A stretch of DNA of 64,000 nucleotides from contig CAJTXH010000001.1 in assembly GCA_910580005.1 (NCBI GenBank), forward strand, positions 11,539 through 75,538. The letters run 5' to 3'. The notes under the pieces were generated by a model. The model searched no databases. It was not told where the DNA came from and saw only the letters and a program-made list of their open reading frames with translations. This document shows positions 29,373-39,158 of the stretch, piece by piece (position 1 is the stretch's first letter; each line of letters opens with the position of its first letter). The position numbers and the translations under genes are program-made. The stretch is from an uncultured Lachnospiraceae bacterium. Lineage in GTDB: Bacteria; Bacillota; Clostridia; Lachnospirales; Lachnospiraceae.

Positions 29373-31232
29373 CTATTTTTTGCGGTTTTCAAAATAAACA
29401 AATGAATCTATTGCATCAAAAATATCCTGGAATGTCCTGCGTGGCGCAGCATCAATATATTTTTTTAATATCCGCTGCTCATCTTCACCATGATATTTCC
29501 CATAAAAAATATCAAAAAGATTATGGCCACGCACGTAAATTTTTATATTTTCCATATTATCTTTAATATCCTGTTTGCTTTTTATACGTATGTTAAGAGT
29601 TTTTTGCATTCTTTTGAAACTGTTAAGCTTGAAAAGATAATCTTTATATTTTTTATATAATATATTATAGAAGTCTTCCTCATTTTTAATTACTCCAATT
29701 TTTGCCATTACAGATGGTTCTAAAAAATAGTTTTCAAAAGAATAATATTTTAAAATAAGTACGTTTTCTGGTTCAACTTTTGGAAGGTTGCCAGGGTCTT
29801 CTTTAGAACGCTGGCTGTAATAACTGCAAAGCTGCTTTTTTAAATGTTTAGGGTTTTTACCATCGCTGTCACGTATCATAAGGAACTGGTCTTTAAGATA
29901 CAATTTATTTATGTATTTTAAATTGGCATATGTTTTAATATTGGTGCAGCTATTTACAGGTATTATGGTAATGCGTGAAAGATTACCATCACTGTCATAT
30001 ATTTCAGAATAATATTTTTCTAAAAGTAATGGAAGGCGGTTGCTGTCTTGCTTGCCTTCAACTATAAATACAAAGCTGACATTCATAAGGTCATTGGCTG
30101 TATATCCTAAGTCATTCAGTATTACATCAATATCTGAATTTTCTTTTACTATGGTGTAATATTCACTGTCCAGTATAACTTCTTTAATTTGCTTTGTTGA
30201 GAAATTAAAAATCATATTTGGTGAATGTGTTGAGAAAATTACCTGGTTTTTTTTAGAAAGCCTGAATAAAATTTCACTTGCAACTTTCTGTAACTGTGGG
30301 TGCAGGTAAATCTCAGGGTCTTCCATTAAAATAATACATGGAAGCGTATCATCTTCTTCTATATATGTTTCAAGAAGTGACAGTGCATAAATACTTTTTA
30401 ATCCTTCACCAAGCATATTTATAGAGCCAAGAGACCCGCCACGTTCTTTATTGTAAACCTGTGTGTCAATTTTTAATAGATGGTCTATGTCAAAATCCAT
30501 AACATAGCGTATTTCCTGTGAAGGGCTGCCGTTTTCATGGAAATGGCGGTTTACCTTTGCAGCAAATTCTGCCAGCTTTGTATGGAAAAGTTTATATTGT
30601 AAAAGACGTGCAGTTTCAAAAAGGGTCAGTTCCTCAGGTGCTTTTTTATTAATAAGCCCTATGCATTGGAAGCACAGGTTGCATTTTCTCGCAGAATCAA
30701 AAGTACATTCATTATCCTTAAGCATTTTAAAGGATTGTTTATCATAGAAACTGAATACATCATTCTGCAGCGTCTCAAGATTTCTGTTCTGGTCTATATG
30801 GTATATTTTGGGAATAATTTGTTTTATATATTGGTTGTTTTTGTGGAACCCGTCTCTATAATGTATGGAAAAACCAGGGTTTATATAACAGTTAAAGGAA
30901 ATTATGCCATCTTGGAATGATGGCAGTTTTATTTTAAATTCTTCAAGCCATTTGTCATAATTTCTTGTTTTGCTTAATATTCCTTTAGTATAGTAATAAT
31001 TTAAATCATCATCTGTAAGGGAAATCTGCATTGATATTTCAACTGGCTTGCTATAATCTAAAAATTCATGTGAATATACCTGGCGCAGCCCTGCTGCAAT
31101 AAGTATTGCATCTATTACAGAAGTTTTGCCAGTGCTGTTTTTACCAACAAGTATAAGAGAATTTTCCATATTGTTGATTTCAAGCCCACGTATGGATCTG
31201 AAATTAACGATTTTAAGATAATTAATTTTCAT
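29373..31232 (-). CDS. OLD-family ATP-dependent nuclease (ABC-type ATPase + TOPRIM)
   Basis: NFRSI, GKNSTGKTS (Walker A), GEG signature, MEDPEIYLHP, STHSP, FIVEGKQD and RDSD motifs. Confidence 0.88.
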   Translation of the reverse strand: MKINYLKIVNFRSIRGLEINNMENSLILVGKNSTGKTSVIDAILIAAGLRQVYSHEFLDYSKPVEISMQISLTDDDLNYYYTKGILSKTRNYDKWLEEFKIKLPSFQDGIISFNCYINPGFSIHYRDGFHKNNQYIKQIIPKIYHIDQNRNLETLQNDVFSFYDKQSFKMLKDNECTFDSARKCNLCFQCIGLINKKAPEELTLFETARLLQYKLFHTKLAEFAAKVNRHFHENGSPSQEIRYVMDFDIDHLLKIDTQVYNKERGGSLGSINMLGEGLKSIYALSLLETYIEEDDTLPCIILMEDPEIYLHPQLQKVASEILFRLSKKNQVIFSTHSPNMIFNFSTKQIKEVILDSEYYTIVKENSDIDVILNDLGYTANDLMNVSFVFIVEGKQDSNRLPLLLEKYYSEIYDSDGNLSRITIIPVNSCTNIKTYANLKYINKLYLKDQFLMIRDSDGKNPKHLKKQLCSYYSQRSKEDPGNLPKVEPENVLILKYYSFENYFLEPSVMAKIGVIKNEEDFYNILYKKYKDYLFKLNSFKRMQKTLNIRIKSKQDIKDNMENIKIYVRGHNLFDIFYGKYHGEDEQRILKKYIDAAPRRTFQDIFDAIDSFVYFENRKK

Positions 31233-31277
31233 AATAATATTCCCTTTCTCATATTATATGGAATAAAATATTTTTTG

Positions 31278-31865
31278 TTACTTTTTCCTATGTTCTGTTT
31301 TTGTGCTTTTTTTAACAGAAAATCCAAATGTGCCAGCCTGTTTTCCAAGAGCAAAATATGAACCATGTGAATAAGCTATAAGGCCTGTCTTGTCCAGATG
31401 AAATTTGTTATTCTGGTCAATGTATCCTGTATCAGCATGGACTGCGGTTACGTCTGCAATAAACATATGGTGTGAACCAAGTTCTTTTATCTCTGTTACA
31501 TGGCACTCAATATTAACAGGTGCTTCTTTAATCATAGGGCATTTAACAGTATCTGCTGCTTCTTTTGTCAAATTGCATAATTTCCATTTGTCAGTGTCCC
31601 TGCCAGAGCGGACACCACAGAAATCAGCTGCATATGCCAGTTTTTCATTAGTAAGGTTAATTACAAATTCACCTGAATTTTTTATAATGTTATATGAAAA
31701 ACGTTCTGGACGTACAGATATATATAACATTGGCGGGTTTGTGCAGATTGTACCTGTCCATGCAATTGTAATAATATTGGAAAAACCATTAATGTCACCA
31801 CAGCTTGCCATGACTGCTGGGACAGGGTAAAGCATGTTGCCTGGTTTAAAATTGGTTTTTGGCAT
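31278..31865 (-). CDS. Flavin reductase-like (flavoredoxin family) protein
   Basis: LYPVPAVM, NIITIAW, GEFVINL, SGRDTDK and LGSHHMFIA motifs. Confidence 0.88.
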   Translation of the reverse strand: MPKTNFKPGNMLYPVPAVMASCGDINGFSNIITIAWTGTICTNPPMLYISVRPERFSYNIIKNSGEFVINLTNEKLAYAADFCGVRSGRDTDKWKLCNLTKEAADTVKCPMIKEAPVNIECHVTEIKELGSHHMFIADVTAVHADTGYIDQNNKFHLDKTGLIAYSHGSYFALGKQAGTFGFSVKKSTKTEHRKK

Positions 31866-32033
31866 GTTGTACCTCCATTGTGGTTTATTGGAAACTAATA
31901 CATTTATTATATCATAAAATAATACTACACAAACAAAAATTATTGTGATAAAATAAAAAGTATTAAAAAAGGGATACTACTTGTGTTAATTAATGCATCA
32001 TTATTATTTTATACATAGAAAGGCAGGGATATA

Positions 32034-32375
32034 ATGGCAAAATACCTGGAATTTGAATCAATGACAGAAGGTCTTGAAAATAAGGTTGTCCAGAATTTAA
32101 AATTCAGGACAGGAAATTTTTTATGGAAAATAAAGTTTAATGTACCTTTAGACCCTAGTACAGTTAATAATGTAAATTTGTATGTTACATCTGTAAATTT
32201 AGCACCACTTAGAACTTCTATAAGGTACAACTCTATGGATAATGAAATAGAGATAGAACCTTTAGAACCATATGCCCAGAATGAGTCTTATATTTTAAAT
32301 ATTACAACTAATGTGGCATCGGCTGGAGGAAAGCATTTGCGTGAGCCTTTACAGGTGCAGTTTAAGATAGAGTAG
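32034..32375 (+). CDS. Small Ig-like (SbsA/Big_5-type) domain protein
   Basis: WKIKFNVPLDPSTVNN...IEIEP...YILNITTNV pattern; no signal peptide. Confidence 0.65.
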   Translation: MAKYLEFESMTEGLENKVVQNLKFRTGNFLWKIKFNVPLDPSTVNNVNLYVTSVNLAPLRTSIRYNSMDNEIEIEPLEPYAQNESYILNITTNVASAGGKHLREPLQVQFKIE

Positions 32376-32394
32376 TCATTTTCTGTAAGTGGAA

Positions 32395-32431
32395 AAAGAA
32401 CTTCCTGGCGTAATGTCTTTGGAAGTTCTTT
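32395..32431. terminator. Bidirectional terminator
   Basis: AAAGAACTTCC / GGAAGTTCTTT inverted repeat between convergent genes. Confidence 0.7.
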
Positions 32432-32445
32432 ATTCTGGTGGGGAT

Positions 32446-34839
32446 TTATTTTAGTACAGGTTTTAATTTAATTGCAAGTACCCTGTCCATATGGTTTAGT
32501 GCCTGGGAGCCAGGTATCGCAGATTCAAAGTTTACATATATATATTTGCCAAGCACCGCAATTTCTTCGTTAAGTGCAGGCATCTGTACAGTTTTCTTTA
32601 TTTTGCCTGTTTTCATATTTTTTGTGCCTGTACCAGATGGTTTATATATATTTAATTCATTTGTATATCCATAGGCTCTTGATAGTATCATGTTTTTTCC
32701 AGTAAATGCAATACCTTGTACAGCAGGTGGAATTACAACATCTGATTTTTCAGTAAGTATTAACGGCATGCTGCCATTTTCTTTTGCTGTATTTTTTTCT
32801 ACTTTGTAACTTCTGAGTGTGCCATTTTTATTAAGTTCAAAGCTTCCAGCCCATAACTGGTCTTTATGCCATGTAAGGAATGAGGCTTTTTTGCCTAATT
32901 TATATACTGCGGAGAAACTTACATTGTGGAACATTGCATATTCTTGTGCTGCATTGTCAACTTCTTTAAAATCTATTGTGCATACTTTTTTACCATTAGT
33001 TATCCAGATATTTTCACCATCAAAAGTTATTCCGCCAGCATGTGTCTGGTTAGGAAGGACTATTACTGTAAGCAGGTCTTTAAACTCTTTGTCAAGCACA
33101 TATATTACAGACTGCTCTTCATAATGTGAATCATATGCAGATATTAGCAGGTAATTTTTAGCAAATGTAAGTCCTTGTGGGCACATGGATGTACTTTCAA
33201 AGCCATTTACATTTGTAGAACATATACCTGGTATTGTGTAAGATTTACTGTAATTTGCATATTTTTTTACAATTTCTGTTTTATTCCAGGCATCTGACCT
33301 GATAAGTTCTTTTTTAGTCTTGTAATAGCTTGGTGATGTTGTAGTGCCTTTTGTTATGCGTGGTGTAATATCAATAGCAGATTCTTCGCTAATAAATTCT
33401 TGCCCAAATGCCATGCGGTAAGCATATACCTTATAACTATAAATTTCTTCTGCTGTAAGGTTTTCGTAAACTTTGGATATAGTTTTTTTATCCTCTATTT
33501 TATCTATAAGGGTAAAACCTTCTTCCTGTTTCTGGTATATATAATAACCAGCAGCACCTGTGACAGCTTTCCAGGTTAAACGGAGTTTTCCATAACCTGC
33601 TTTGCCTTTAAGGTTTACCTGTTCAGGAAGTGTTGATGTCTTCACTACATTGCTAAATCCGCTTGTATGTTCTTCTGTGTCAGCATATGTCATTATTTTA
33701 TAACGGTAGTTTTTGCCAGAGCTAAGCCCTGTGTCAGTATAGGAAGTTTCTGTTGTGCTTGTTAAATATTCAAAATCCCCGCTTCCCTGCCTTCTGTATA
33801 TAATATAACCTGTAGCTGTATCATTTAAGTTCCATGAAAGGTGGATTGACTCCGCTGTATTGGCACTTAATGCAAGCCCTGTTGTGGCATAAGGTGTTGT
33901 AACAGCACGTAATGTTTTTGAATACTGGCTTAAAAGATTAGTGGTGTCAAGGTATGATGATATTATATATGAATAAACAGTTCCTGCTTCAAGACCAATT
34001 TCTGAAATTGATGTACCAGTTGTTACTCTATATAATTCATATGGCATATCATTAATGCTCCTATATAAGTAATATGAACTGACTGCAGGGTTTTCATTCC
34101 ATGATAAATCAATTCTGTGGCTTTCTTCTTTTATAATTTTAAAACCAGAAACGGCAGCAGGGCATGTACATAATGATAATACATCAGATGCTTCACCTAT
34201 GTTACTTTCATTAAGGCAGTATGCCTGGATATATATATCATACCGTTTTGAAGCTTCCAGCCCTTCTATTGTATATGCGTTTAAAGAAGTATTTCCTGAT
34301 AAAGTGTATACACCCTCAGAAACTGGTTTATAGTATACTTTATATGAAGCATTATTCATACTATCCCATGTTAAGCTGATTGAAGCGCTTGTTGCTGTCT
34401 GTGCTGCCCTGTCTGTTACTGCGATGCCAGTAACTTTATTTACAGTAGTGGCAGCATAAAATACCTGTGATAAAGGACTGTATACTTTTTCACCAAGTAT
34501 AGTTTTATAACAGCGTATCTGGTATGAACATATAGTTGCTGCACTTAAAGAAGGGATTATAAATGAATTTACTGTAGTTTCTGTTGTGTATGGTATACCA
34601 TTGTAACTTATAGCTAATTCATATCCTTCTGCATCTGTTACAGCATCCCATGTAATTGTTATATCATTTGTTGTTGCGAAAATAACAGAGGATTCTGTTA
34701 CTACTGCATCAAATGTGGCAGCAGGCGGTGTTTCTGCATAACCAGTAGCTTTTGTGCTGGTACTGCATAATACACAATATAATAATGACATAATGCCTAT
34801 AAATATTGCTGTGGGTTTAAAATACCTTTTTTTATTCAT
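32446..34839 (-). CDS. Secreted fibronectin type III repeat protein with C-terminal beta-propeller-like domain
   Basis: Signal peptide; about 5 FN3 units (ITWDAV..A.GY, LSWN...Y.IYR, YTDTGL); PQGL and HAGGITFDG repeats. Confidence 0.8.
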   Translation of the reverse strand: MNKKRYFKPTAIFIGIMSLLYCVLCSTSTKATGYAETPPAATFDAVVTESSVIFATTNDITITWDAVTDAEGYELAISYNGIPYTTETTVNSFIIPSLSAATICSYQIRCYKTILGEKVYSPLSQVFYAATTVNKVTGIAVTDRAAQTATSASISLTWDSMNNASYKVYYKPVSEGVYTLSGNTSLNAYTIEGLEASKRYDIYIQAYCLNESNIGEASDVLSLCTCPAAVSGFKIIKEESHRIDLSWNENPAVSSYYLYRSINDMPYELYRVTTGTSISEIGLEAGTVYSYIISSYLDTTNLLSQYSKTLRAVTTPYATTGLALSANTAESIHLSWNLNDTATGYIIYRRQGSGDFEYLTSTTETSYTDTGLSSGKNYRYKIMTYADTEEHTSGFSNVVKTSTLPEQVNLKGKAGYGKLRLTWKAVTGAAGYYIYQKQEEGFTLIDKIEDKKTISKVYENLTAEEIYSYKVYAYRMAFGQEFISEESAIDITPRITKGTTTSPSYYKTKKELIRSDAWNKTEIVKKYANYSKSYTIPGICSTNVNGFESTSMCPQGLTFAKNYLLISAYDSHYEEQSVIYVLDKEFKDLLTVIVLPNQTHAGGITFDGENIWITNGKKVCTIDFKEVDNAAQEYAMFHNVSFSAVYKLGKKASFLTWHKDQLWAGSFELNKNGTLRSYKVEKNTAKENGSMPLILTEKSDVVIPPAVQGIAFTGKNMILSRAYGYTNELNIYKPSGTGTKNMKTGKIKKTVQMPALNEEIAVLGKYIYVNFESAIPGSQALNHMDRVLAIKLKPVLK

Positions 34840-35064
34840 TGTGTAATCCGTCCTTTATTATATTGATTTTTGGTTTTTGCTAAGTTATACTTAATATATA
34901 ATATATAGCAAAAATGGCAAATTATGGTCAAAATGTATAAAAATTTTTTCTGATATCTGGCATTTTTAACTAAATTAGTATATGGAGATGTAGAATAAAT
35001 AGTATGGAAAAAGCAGGCAGCCTGTCTTTAAGTGAACTGGATTGGCATGACTGGGCAGTCCAGT

Positions 35065-35093
35065 TTGCATTTTATTTTATTATGTTATATACT
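35065..35093 (+). promoter_or_regulatory. Sigma-A promoter of the yesL-like gene
   Basis: TTGCAT-17bp-TATACT. Confidence 0.6.
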
Positions 35094-35149
35094 TAAAAAG
35101 AATTTTGTTTATTAATATATTTTATTTTAATGATAGGAGGAACATCTGG

Positions 35150-35842
35150 ATGGGAAATAATGGTTTTTTTAGTATAGAAAGTCCTTTGTATAAGTTTATG
35201 AACAGGCTTCTGGATATGATAAAGCTTAACTTTTTATGGATTTTATGCAGTCTCCCGGTTGTTACAATGGGAGCAGCAACTACAGCAGCATTTACTATAA
35301 CACTTAGGATGGTGGAGGAAGAAGAAGGGTATATAGCAAGGCCATTTTTCCGTGAATTTAAGAATAATCTTGTTAAGGGAAGTATTATTGGGGTTGTCCA
35401 GTTATTTGCTATGTATGCAATTTATCTTGATTTCCAGTTGTCTAATATTGAAGGCAACGGAGTTTTATTTACAGTTATTGGCGTACTTGCAATATTTCTG
35501 ACTTTTATGCATCTTATTTATGCATATGCGCTTTTGGCAAGATATGAAAATACAATTATAAACACTTTAAAAAATTCTTATGCTATTGGTTTAAGGTATT
35601 TACCTAAAACTTTTGGTCTATTTATTATAATTGTACTTGAATGTGCAATTTTTCTGTGGAATTTTACTACACAGTTTATAGGGATGTTATTAGGTCCGGC
35701 ATGTATTATTTTGACAATAAGCAGTTTTGCAAGACCCTTGTTTAAGCTGGTTGAAAAGGATAACGAAGAAAGGACATCACATAAAGATGAAGGGTTTGAG
35801 GATGCAGGCGGAGCCAGTGTAAAGGAAGAGGACTTTAATTAA
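35150..35842 (+). CDS. YesL / DUF624 integral membrane protein
   Basis: LNFLWILCSLPVVTMGAATTA...FFREFKNN pattern; AGGAGG SD. Confidence 0.85.
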   Translation: MGNNGFFSIESPLYKFMNRLLDMIKLNFLWILCSLPVVTMGAATTAAFTITLRMVEEEEGYIARPFFREFKNNLVKGSIIGVVQLFAMYAIYLDFQLSNIEGNGVLFTVIGVLAIFLTFMHLIYAYALLARYENTIINTLKNSYAIGLRYLPKTFGLFIIIVLECAIFLWNFTTQFIGMLLGPACIILTISSFARPLFKLVEKDNEERTSHKDEGFEDAGGASVKEEDFN

Positions 35843-35856
35843 GAATTTAAAATTTG

Positions 35857-35893
35857 CGCATGTCTCCAGGAGTATTAGGGACATGCTTTATTT
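35857..35893 (+). terminator. Terminator after the yesL-like gene
   Basis: GCATGTCTC / GGGACATGC stem followed by TTTATTT. Confidence 0.6.
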
Positions 35894-35937
35894 ATATAAA
35901 GATTGTGGATATACGCTTTAATATGAAAGGGGTATGT

Positions 35938-37413
35938 ATGGCATATAAAATTATGGTACAGGGAACTATGTCAAATGCAGGCAAAAGCCTGGTAGTAGCA
36001 GGGCTTGCCCGTTTATTTGCCAGAGATGGATATAAGGTTGCTCCTTTTAAATCACAAAATATGGCACTTAATTCATTTATTACAAAAGACGGTTTTGAAA
36101 TTGGACGTGCACAGGCTGTACAAGCAGAGGCGGCTGGAATTATTCCAGAAGTATATATGAACCCGGTATTATTAAAGCCTGTCAGTGAAATGGGTTCACA
36201 GGTTATTGTAAATGGAAAAGCCATATGCAACATGAAAGCAAAAGATTATTTCAAGTATAAAACAGAACTTGTGCCTGATATTATGGCTGCATTTAATTAC
36301 CTGGACAGGAAGTTTGACATTGTAATAATAGAAGGTGCAGGAAGCCCTGCTGAAATAAACCTTAAAGAAAATGATATTGTGAATATGGGACTTGCAGAAA
36401 TGACAAATTCGCCTGTCCTGCTTGTTGGCGATATTGACAGGGGTGGTGTGTTTGCGCAGGTTTATGGGACTATTGCACTTCTTGAAGAGAAGGAACGTAG
36501 CAGGATAAAAGGGATTTTGGTTAATAAGTTCAGAGGGGATAAATCAATACTTGAACCAGGGATTAAAATGCTTGAAGATAAATGTGGTAAGCCTGTCCTG
36601 GGTGTTATCCCTTATATAAATATTGATATAGATGATGAAGATAGCCTATCAGAAAGGTTTTCTAAAGGCCATTATGCAGGCATTGTTGATATAGCAGTAA
36701 TCAGGCTTCCAAGGATTTCTAATTTTACAGATTTTAATGTATTTGGAAATTTTGAAGGGGTTTCACTTAGGTATATAGATAATGCCAGGGACTTAAAAGA
36801 GCCTGATATTATATTTATCCCTGGTACAAAAAATACTATAAAAGACCTTATGTGGATGCGCCAGAATGGGATTGAAGCAGCAGTTAAAAAAGCAAATTCA
36901 AAAGGATGTATAGTTTTTGGGATTTGTGGGGGATATCAGATGCTTGGAAATTCAATAAGTGACCAATATAATATGGAAGAGGGCGGTACAGCCAGTGGAA
37001 TGGGGCTTATTGATATTAATACTGTATTTGGAAGTGAGAAGAAAACAGTACAAACTAGTGGAAAGTTAGGCAAGATTAATGGTTTATTTAAAGAACTTTC
37101 TGGTAAAGAATATAATGGATATGAAATACATATTGGCATGACAGAGGGGAAATGCCAGAATGAAACATGCCAGCCTGTTAATATATCTGCCAGCCAGAAT
37201 AATGTGTATGGTTCGTATATACATGGGCTTTTTGACAATGGAGATATAGCATATACTATATTAAAAGCTATTGCTGCCAGAAAAGGGGCTGGTGACAATG
37301 TAATTAAAAGTTTTAATTATAAAGAATATAAGAAAAAGCAGTATGATATACTTGCAGATACAATAAGAGATAATGTGGATATAGCTAAAATATCAAGATG
37401 CATGGGAATATAA
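35938..37413 (+). CDS. cobQ: Cobyric acid synthase
   Basis: QGTMSNAGKS, PFKSQNMALNS, EGAGSPAE, SNFTD, GICGGYQMLG and YIHG motifs. Confidence 0.95.
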   Translation: MAYKIMVQGTMSNAGKSLVVAGLARLFARDGYKVAPFKSQNMALNSFITKDGFEIGRAQAVQAEAAGIIPEVYMNPVLLKPVSEMGSQVIVNGKAICNMKAKDYFKYKTELVPDIMAAFNYLDRKFDIVIIEGAGSPAEINLKENDIVNMGLAEMTNSPVLLVGDIDRGGVFAQVYGTIALLEEKERSRIKGILVNKFRGDKSILEPGIKMLEDKCGKPVLGVIPYINIDIDDEDSLSERFSKGHYAGIVDIAVIRLPRISNFTDFNVFGNFEGVSLRYIDNARDLKEPDIIFIPGTKNTIKDLMWMRQNGIEAAVKKANSKGCIVFGICGGYQMLGNSISDQYNMEEGGTASGMGLIDINTVFGSEKKTVQTSGKLGKINGLFKELSGKEYNGYEIHIGMTEGKCQNETCQPVNISASQNNVYGSYIHGLFDNGDIAYTILKAIAARKGAGDNVIKSFNYKEYKKKQYDILADTIRDNVDIAKISRCMGI

Positions 37414-37472
37414 TCTTACTATGGACAGCATAGTTATGAATAGCAACATTATAATTTATATGGGGCATAAAT

Positions 37473-38558
37473 ATGGATAAAGAAGAATTATTTAATATAA
37501 AAATACAAGAACCTTGTTTAAAAGCATATACAAAAGCACAAGTGCACTGGGATAGCATTGCAAAGCCTTTAGACGGGCTTGGTGTATTTGAAGACATTAT
37601 TAAAAAGATAGCAGGAATTACACAAAATGCAGATATTGTAATTGGCAAAAAGGCTGTTGTTGTAATGTGTGCTGATAATGGAATTATAGAAGAAGGCGTA
37701 AGCCAGTCAGGGCATGAGGTAACAACAGTTGTTTCCTCTAATATAGCAAAAGGGATTGCAAGTGTATGCCGCATGGCAAATGTTGCAGGAGCAGATGTAA
37801 TACCAGTGGATATTGGTATTAAAGATAACATTAATGTAAATGGGCTTTTAAATAGAAAAGTTTTAAACGGGACTGCTAATTTTGCAAAAGAACCAGCAAT
37901 AACTAGCGAAGGGCTTTTGCAGGCAATACAGACAGGAATAGATATTACCAGGGATTTAAAAGAGAAAGGCTATAAAATTATTGCCACAGGTGAAATGGGC
38001 ATTGGCAACACTACTACAAGCAGTGCACTTGCAAGTATAATGTTAAATATGCCAGTTCCAAAGGTGGCAGGCAGAGGTGCAGGGCTTAATGATGAGGGGC
38101 TTAAAAAGAAAATTCTGGTAATAGGAGATGCAATAAAAAAATATGGGCTTGATAACCAGAAGGAAACATGCCAAGAAGAAACATTTAAAGCATTATGTTG
38201 CATTGGAGGGCTGGATATAGCCGGGCTTACAGGTATATTTATTGGTGGTGCATTGTACCATATACCAATAGTTATTGATGGAATTATATCAGCAACAGCA
38301 GCACTTGCAGCAGAAAGGCTTGTGCCAGGCTGCCAGGCATATATGATAGCTTCACATATAGGCAAAGAACCTGCCTGTAAATTTATACTTGACACGCTTT
38401 GCCTGAAACCTGTAATTGATGCAGGGCTTGCATTAGGTGAAGGGACAGGTGCTGTGCTTTTATTTCCAATGCTTGATATGGTAATTGAGGTTTACAGGGA
38501 AAATACAACATTTGATGATATTAATATAGAACAATACAAGAGGTTTACAGATATATGA
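37473..38558 (+). CDS. cobT: Nicotinate-nucleotide:dimethylbenzimidazole phosphoribosyltransferase
   Basis: AKPLDGLG, ADNG, GEMGIGNTTTSSA and LGEGTGA motifs. Confidence 0.95.
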   Translation: MDKEELFNIKIQEPCLKAYTKAQVHWDSIAKPLDGLGVFEDIIKKIAGITQNADIVIGKKAVVVMCADNGIIEEGVSQSGHEVTTVVSSNIAKGIASVCRMANVAGADVIPVDIGIKDNINVNGLLNRKVLNGTANFAKEPAITSEGLLQAIQTGIDITRDLKEKGYKIIATGEMGIGNTTTSSALASIMLNMPVPKVAGRGAGLNDEGLKKKILVIGDAIKKYGLDNQKETCQEETFKALCCIGGLDIAGLTGIFIGGALYHIPIVIDGIISATAALAAERLVPGCQAYMIASHIGKEPACKFILDTLCLKPVIDAGLALGEGTGAVLLFPMLDMVIEVYRENTTFDDINIEQYKRFTDI

Positions 38559-39085
38559 TAGTTACAGTTACTGGCGGGAGTGGAAGTGGCAAGTCGGAAT
38601 TTGCCGAAAACATGGTGGCAGAATTATCATGTCATACTAAAGAAAATAATAAACTATATTATATTGCTACAATGAAACCATATGGTGAAGAGGCCGCTAT
38701 GCGTATAAACCGCCACAAAAAGCTGCGTGAGGGAAAGGGATTTTTAACTATTGAATGTTATAATAATATTGGCTGCTGCCAGATTGATAGTAAAAGCAAT
38801 GTATTGCTTGAATGTATGTCAAACCTGGCTGCTAATGAAATGTTTGAAGAAACTATAAAAGACCAGAATTATGTTTTAAATAAAATATGTAGTGGAATAG
38901 ACAAGTTAAAAGATACAGCAGGTAATCTTGTAATTGTAACAAATGATATATTTGCTGATGGAATTATATATGATAAAAGTACAATGGAATATATAGAACT
39001 TCTTGGAAAGATTAACCAGTATCTTGTAAGTATTAGTAACAGGGTGATTGAAGTTATATATTCATGTCCTCTTATTATTTTATAG
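38555..39085 (+). CDS. cobU: Adenosylcobinamide kinase/guanylyltransferase
   Basis: TGGSGSGKSEFAE, YIATM, RINRH..R and VIVTND motifs; ATGA overlap with cobT. Confidence 0.88.
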   Translation: MIVTVTGGSGSGKSEFAENMVAELSCHTKENNKLYYIATMKPYGEEAAMRINRHKKLREGKGFLTIECYNNIGCCQIDSKSNVLLECMSNLAANEMFEETIKDQNYVLNKICSGIDKLKDTAGNLVIVTNDIFADGIIYDKSTMEYIELLGKINQYLVSISNRVIEVIYSCPLIIL

Positions 39086-39158
39086 TATATAATAAGATTT
39101 TTAACAGAGGGAAAATAAGGGGGACAGTGTCTATAACTAAGGAAGGCGGGAGATAATA

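Noticed and set aside
29373..31232. Gabija or retron defence system
   Set aside because: No adjacent UvrD-like helicase, reverse transcriptase or msr-msd; addAB is more than 20 kb away and is the housekeeping recombination nuclease.
35005..35070. Hairpins upstream of the yesL-like gene as a cobalamin riboswitch
   Set aside because: No B12-box or GGGAA core is recognisable, and the hairpin lies upstream of or overlaps the predicted -35, so it would not be in the transcript.
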